Positions 59,210 to 64,000 of a stretch of 64,000 bases of DNA are shown here, in pieces. Origin of the DNA: Elusimicrobiota bacterium (lineage in GTDB: Bacteria; Elusimicrobiota; Elusimicrobia; F11); assembly GCA_044221725.1 (NCBI GenBank), contig JBGAON010000005.1:160001-224000 (forward strand). Direction: 5' to 3'. The notes below the pieces were generated by a model that worked only from the letters and a program-made list of their open reading frames with translations, did no database searches and was not told where the DNA came from. The position numbers were made by a program, and so were the translations under genes. The stretch's first letter is position 1. Every line of letters starts with the position of its first letter.

Positions 59210-62200
59210 ATGAATCCAAAAACGCAAAAAAAACTGAAGAAATTTATCGCGATAGTTCTGTGCGCGGTGGAAGTCAACTCTCAGGTAATTTTTGCGGGTG
59301 TGCCAGTGTGGATGGGTGTTCCTCCGGGCGTCGAACCGATTCAGCAGCGCTTGTTACGGCTGGGCAAAAAAGTCGCGCAGGACGCCGCGCAAACGGGACT
59401 GAACATTTTTCATGGTTTTGCTTATCCCGATCGCATTCAGTTCGATCCGCGGGGTCGCACCGATTACCCCGAAGAATCCCGCACCTCTCCCGAATCCGCC
59501 TCCCGCGAAGACAAACGTCAGATGGACATCCTGCGACAGATGGAAGAGCTCCAAATTTTCCAGGAAGAAACATTTTCCAACCGTCCACAATTGCCGGGTG
59601 CCCAACCGGAAGTTTTGGACACGATCTCCACTTACAAGCTGAACACCAACGTTGGTCGCGAGCTGAAACGCGTTCGCGAAGATCTCACGAAAAAGCGCGA
59701 AGCCTACGACGCCGACTTGGATAGTCTGCGTCGCGCGATCAAAGGGGCTGGCGGGAGCGTCAAAACCGAACGCGACGGTGGCCGCTATTACTACATTCAC
59801 GGACTTTTGGCCGCGATCATTGGTCAACGGCTCGTCGACGGCAACAATCAGATCACCACGGTGGACACCCGCCGCATCAAGTACGACAAGGAGCGTCGCC
59901 TACAATCGGGCAGCACCCGCATTGCGCGCGATACGCAAGGAAACGTTACGGTCACCGTCCGAACGAATGTCAAATATTCGGCGGACTCGAACGAACACGG
60001 AAAACAAATCGTGACGAGCTACGTCGAGACCACGATCGATCCGAACGGCAACGTGTCCACGGTCGAGCGCGAAAACATTCAATACCTGGATCCCAGCCCG
60101 CACAAGATTAATGGCGAGGATAAGCGGGGCCAATACGTCACAGCGTATGACGAAATCAGCACGGACCAATTTGGCAACAAAACCACAACCCGTTTTGAGA
60201 ACGGGAAATACCAGCGCTACGGTGACAACTGGTACTTGACCGCGTTCGATCAAACTTCCACCGATGCCGACAAAAACACAACCGTTACGCATCGCCGCGA
60301 CGCGGCTTACGTGTTCAATCCAAACTTTCGGAAACTAAACGGCGGCCGAACGACGCGCGAAGAATATCTGCTCGACCACTACACGCAGGTCGTTACCGAT
60401 CCAAAAGGTTTGGTCTCAACGCAGCTCTGGCAAAACGCACGTTACGATGCGAACGACAACTTGGTGTCATACAACCAAACGAACCTGAACTCGGATAACG
60501 CGCTTGCGACCATCACCGAGTTTCGCAAAGGCGCGTACGACAAGTACGGTCGCCAGGTCGCATTCGACCGCACCGAGAAGTTTGCGGATGGCACGAGCAT
60601 CCATACAACGCGGCTCAACACGACGTTCAACAAGATCGGCGATACTCTTGCGTACAGTGAAATCACCGATGGGGACGACGGTTACCTCGTTCGCACCGAC
60701 CGGTTTGGCATCGATTACAACCGCAAGCGTCAGCAATTGTCGTACCGCGAAACACGCATCGACCAGAACGGCATTGTCATTGATGACACGTGGTCCGCTC
60801 TTCAGGATGGGCTGAAAGATGACGCGGTCGCCGAACTCGGAGAGAAAGGTTACGACAAGCGCGGCCGGTTGATCGGTTTCGAAAAAACCACGACGTCCGG
60901 TAACGTCACGGAAAACCAACGGACCACGAACATTACGTTCGATTTGCGGGGCGGGCAGATGGATTCCCTCGTGCGCACAACCATGCGAACGAATCGCGGT
61001 GACGGCAGCGACATCGGCTCAAACGATATCGTGCATTGGGTTGATACGCACCGGCTCGAAACCAAATACGGAGCCGATGGCCAAGTGGTCTCGTACAAAG
61101 ACCGAATTCTTGATTGGGGCATAAACACCTCGGACAACGAGATTGTGCGCGACCTGCGCATCGACGTCGACCGAAGCGACATATCGCTCACCGGATTTTT
61201 CGAGAAGCGCGTAACGACCGGAGGTGCCAAGCGCGCCGAATACGGACAAAACACCGCCGAGGCGATTGAGGCGACAACCACGAACTTGCAGACGAACACT
61301 GTCTACGACGGGAGCGGACGCGTGTTCAGCTACAACCAAGTATCGACCGATTCGAACACGAACAAAATCACGGCTTCGGCTTTCTCGAACTTGGCGTACG
61401 ACGCGCAAAATCATTTGTTGCATTCGAAAGAAGAGGCGGACGAAGCCTATCTCGCGGCCGATGGCGCTATGCAATCCGAAGGTCGCCTTCACCGGGTCAC
61501 CACCCGCGCCGCGCTGGTTTACGACGGGTTCGACCGGATTCTTGACGCTCAGACGAACACGCACACCTCAACCACGGGCACCGATATCACGATCAACGCA
61601 AACCGCAAGAGCGTGAAATACAACGCGCTCGGCGATGTGGCCGATTACACGGAAGCGGTTGTCTCGAACGCCTCTGCGAATTTGACCGAGACCACGCATT
61701 GGCAAGGTACCAACTACAGTGTGCTGGGTCGACTTAAAAGTTCGAAGCAAACACTGCACCGTGAAGGAACCGATGCCGATGGTACCGTGCTCGACACAAA
61801 CCGAACGACCGTGACGACCGGCATTCAATACGATTTGCGAAACCGTTTAACCGATTACGACGAGCTCGTAACGTCCGACGAATCGCCGGACCTCAAAACA
61901 ACGAACGTCGTTCGAAACATCACCTACGATTCGCGCGATCACCAAATGATCGGCACGCAAACAACAATCCGCGAAGGCAACGGCATGAACGAAATTTCAA
62001 TCGCGATGCGTGATCACATCACGACCAACGCGGACGGCGTGGTGGATGGCTATCAAGAAACAACGTTGACACCGGATGGCGTTCAGGCGACAAACGTTGT
62101 CGCAAACGTGGTGTGGACCGGGTGGGGACACAACGAACAGATTTTGGAAAAGCACACCACGTCGATTACGAACGAAGCGACCGGTATCACCACGACCACC

Positions 62201-64000
62201 GATTATCGCGCAACGTTCGACCAGTTTGGTCGCGTGATTCAAACGGACGAAGACGCGCGGCGACAAGGCGCTGGCGTTGACCAGCACACACAGCGTCAGG
62301 TGCTGATGAACTTCGATACCGTGGGGCTTATCAACATCCGTCGCGACGTAACGACCCGGCTCGATCCGTCGCCGCTCCTCAATCCGTCGGTCGAACTGGT
62401 GACGACCGTGCTGCAGAATTTTGTCTACGACCGTCACGGCCGCGAAAGTTCGGTGTACGAGAAAAATCAAACGGCCGGCACGCTGCCGAGCGGCGAAAGT
62501 TACGCGCGTGAAACGACGACGCTGAAGAACAACATTGCGTACAACGGTCTCGGTCGTGAAGTGAACTATCAGCAAACATTGCGGTCGAGCGATAGCCCGG
62601 ATTTGGTGACGACCACGTTGCGCGGCGCTATTGCCTATAACTTACAGGGCCAGCAACTCGGTTACACGGACACGGTGCACGAGCTTGGTGGCGACATCGA
62701 TAACACGTTCACCACGATTCGCTCCGGCCTGACGTACACCGGTTCGCATCTCGCGCATTCAAACGATCAGACGTTCGACGGCACCGTGCAAAGTGCGAAT
62801 CAAGTGACGCGCACACTCGACACCACGCTCGCGTACGACAATGCGTCGGGTCTCGTCACGTCGAACACGCAAGTGGCGTCCGAAACCGGCGCGGGTTTAA
62901 ATCACGTGAAAACCACGGTCCACAATGGCATCGTGTACGATCGGAATGGGACAGAGCTCACCTACGCAAACACCATCACCGACAATGCGACGCCGGACAT
63001 TACGCAGACCGTCGTGCGCACCGATGCCACCCTGGTTCGCGGGATCTTGACCGGCTACACCGAAAGCACACGAAATCTGTCGGCCGATGGAACAAGCCGC
63101 GACACGTTATTGGTGATGCGACACACGGCGCTCGGCTACGACAATTTCGCACGACTTGTTTCGGACAAATTTGTTGAACAAAATATTTACGGAGAAACGC
63201 TGGAGCATCTGCGCACACAAGGCTACGACACGACGGGACACGTGAACGACACGAACGAACGCATCGCGACGCGTGGTACAAATATTACGACCGAAACGCA
63301 CCGCGCGAACATTCGGTTCACGCGGCGCGGCGATCAAGCGTCTTACACCGAAACGCAAACATCGTCGGCGAGCGCCGGTCTCGTTACGACGATTGATTGG
63401 CAAGCACAAGGTGGTGTGCGCGACGGTTACGGAGCAAATGGACTCTTGTTTGGTTTTCACCAAGTCGAACACCGCGTGGGCGCCGAAATTAACGAAACAA
63501 TCGATCTCACGCGATCGAACCTCACCTACACGCGTACCGCGCAGCAAGCGTCGTACCGCGACGTGCGCATCGATAGCGCAGCGCCCGACGTGCGCGAAAG
63601 CGTTGATTGGCGTATCGCTGACGGCGGATACAACGGCGTGGGCGATCAAACGCATTACTTCACGACAACAACGCGCTCGGATATTTCGCAAAACGGTCAG
63701 CACCTGAACGTTACGAATCAGCAAGAATTTCAAGCGGCGTTTAATCGAATCGGCCAGCAAACACGGGTTCTCACGACGTCGCATGAAACCGGACTGGGTT
63801 TGGATGCCACCACGATCGAAGACCGATCGAACATTCAATACGATGCGCACAATCGTTCCACGGGTTACGATTTGTTGCAGACCGACGCCTATGGAAATGT
63901 AACGCACACAATTCGAACCGGCGGAGATTACGATGATCGGGGTCACCTGTTGGTCTATCACGAAGAGATCGACGACCCTTCCTACGATGGATCGGGCAAA
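59210..64000 (+). CDS. 5' part (>=1597 aa) of a giant protein with YD-like repeats
   Basis: My translation from ATG 59210 (MNPKTQKKLKKFIAIVLCAV...) is in the same frame as the last codons at 64000. The ORF track shows no stop-terminated ORF in this frame. Recurrent units include YDKYGR, YDKRGRL, YDGSGRV, YNALGD, YDLRNRL, YDRHGR, YNGLGR, YDDRGH. Confidence 0.88.
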   Translation, partial: MNPKTQKKLKKFIAIVLCAVEVNSQVIFAGVPVWMGVPPGVEPIQQRLLRLGKKVAQDAAQTGLNIFHGFAYPDRIQFDPRGRTDYPEESRTSPESASREDKRQMDILRQMEELQIFQEETFSNRPQLPGAQPEVLDTISTYKLNTNVGRELKRVREDLTKKREAYDADLDSLRRAIKGAGGSVKTERDGGRYYYIHGLLAAIIGQRLVDGNNQITTVDTRRIKYDKERRLQSGSTRIARDTQGNVTVTVRTNVKYSADSNEHGKQIVTSYVETTIDPNGNVSTVERENIQYLDPSPHKINGEDKRGQYVTAYDEISTDQFGNKTTTRFENGKYQRYGDNWYLTAFDQTSTDADKNTTVTHRRDAAYVFNPNFRKLNGGRTTREEYLLDHYTQVVTDPKGLVSTQLWQNARYDANDNLVSYNQTNLNSDNALATITEFRKGAYDKYGRQVAFDRTEKFADGTSIHTTRLNTTFNKIGDTLAYSEITDGDDGYLVRTDRFGIDYNRKRQQLSYRETRIDQNGIVIDDTWSALQDGLKDDAVAELGEKGYDKRGRLIGFEKTTTSGNVTENQRTTNITFDLRGGQMDSLVRTTMRTNRGDGSDIGSNDIVHWVDTHRLETKYGADGQVVSYKDRILDWGINTSDNEIVRDLRIDVDRSDISLTGFFEKRVTTGGAKRAEYGQNTAEAIEATTTNLQTNTVYDGSGRVFSYNQVSTDSNTNKITASAFSNLAYDAQNHLLHSKEEADEAYLAADGAMQSEGRLHRVTTRAALVYDGFDRILDAQTNTHTSTTGTDITINANRKSVKYNALGDVADYTEAVVSNASANLTETTHWQGTNYSVLGRLKSSKQTLHREGTDADGTVLDTNRTTVTTGIQYDLRNRLTDYDELVTSDESPDLKTTNVVRNITYDSRDHQMIGTQTTIREGNGMNEISIAMRDHITTNADGVVDGYQETTLTPDGVQATNVVANVVWTGWGHNEQILEKHTTSITNEATGITTTTDYRATFDQFGRVIQTDEDARRQGAGVDQHTQRQVLMNFDTVGLINIRRDVTTRLDPSPLLNPSVELVTTVLQNFVYDRHGRESSVYEKNQTAGTLPSGESYARETTTLKNNIAYNGLGREVNYQQTLRSSDSPDLVTTTLRGAIAYNLQGQQLGYTDTVHELGGDIDNTFTTIRSGLTYTGSHLAHSNDQTFDGTVQSANQVTRTLDTTLAYDNASGLVTSNTQVASETGAGLNHVKTTVHNGIVYDRNGTELTYANTITDNATPDITQTVVRTDATLVRGILTGYTESTRNLSADGTSRDTLLVMRHTALGYDNFARLVSDKFVEQNIYGETLEHLRTQGYDTTGHVNDTNERIATRGTNITTETHRANIRFTRRGDQASYTETQTSSASAGLVTTIDWQAQGGVRDGYGANGLLFGFHQVEHRVGAEINETIDLTRSNLTYTRTAQQASYRDVRIDSAAPDVRESVDWRIADGGYNGVGDQTHYFTTTTRSDISQNGQHLNVTNQQEFQAAFNRIGQQTRVLTTSHETGLGLDATTIEDRSNIQYDAHNRSTGYDLLQTDAYGNVTHTIRTGGDYDDRGHLLVYHEEIDDPSYDGSGK

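Noticed and set aside
59204..59233. A7/A8 runs at the start of the YD gene (and G7 at 1493-1499) as phase-variation tracts
   Set aside because: The runs are short and explained by Lys codons or the RBS; the frame is intact and there is no evidence of slippage.
1..64000. CRISPR array, tRNA or rRNA
   Set aside because: No repeat-spacer periodicity or RNA-gene-like segments seen. Intergenic gaps are short, and the 57909 repeat has only two copies.

Overview
Bacterial genomic window with no rRNA, tRNA or CRISPR array seen. The first 44 kb is a tandem array of paralogous giant membrane proteins: the 3' end of one (<1-1346), then ORFs of 8862, 1975 and 2936 aa. The three complete genes share a signal-like N-terminus, a ~470-570 aa N-terminal domain and a promoter box; all four share a divergent C-terminal domain. 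Each complete gene carries different glucan-metabolism cargo. The 8862-aa protein contains what appears to be a complete homolog of eukaryotic 1,3-beta-glucan/callose synthase (GT48, FKS1-like), plus a six-hairpin glycosidase-like region, a HIT-type nucleotidyltransferase and two HExxH motifs. The 1975-aa protein has a GT35 glucan phosphorylase, and the 2936-aa protein has a GT5 glycogen synthase and a UDPGP-type pyrophosphorylase. An IS30 element sits exactly at the stop codon of the largest gene. Downstream are an Omp85-family gene, a partial Tad pilus cluster, a UDP-glucuronate decarboxylase, a CHASE2 cyclase, an ABC-2 exporter, and the start of another giant gene (YD-like repeats, 59210->64000) that the ORF track omits. 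The style recalls giant-gene lineages such as Elusimicrobiota/Omnitrophota (inference only). All domain calls are by-eye motif recognition, and reference motifs are quoted from memory and need HMM or structure confirmation.
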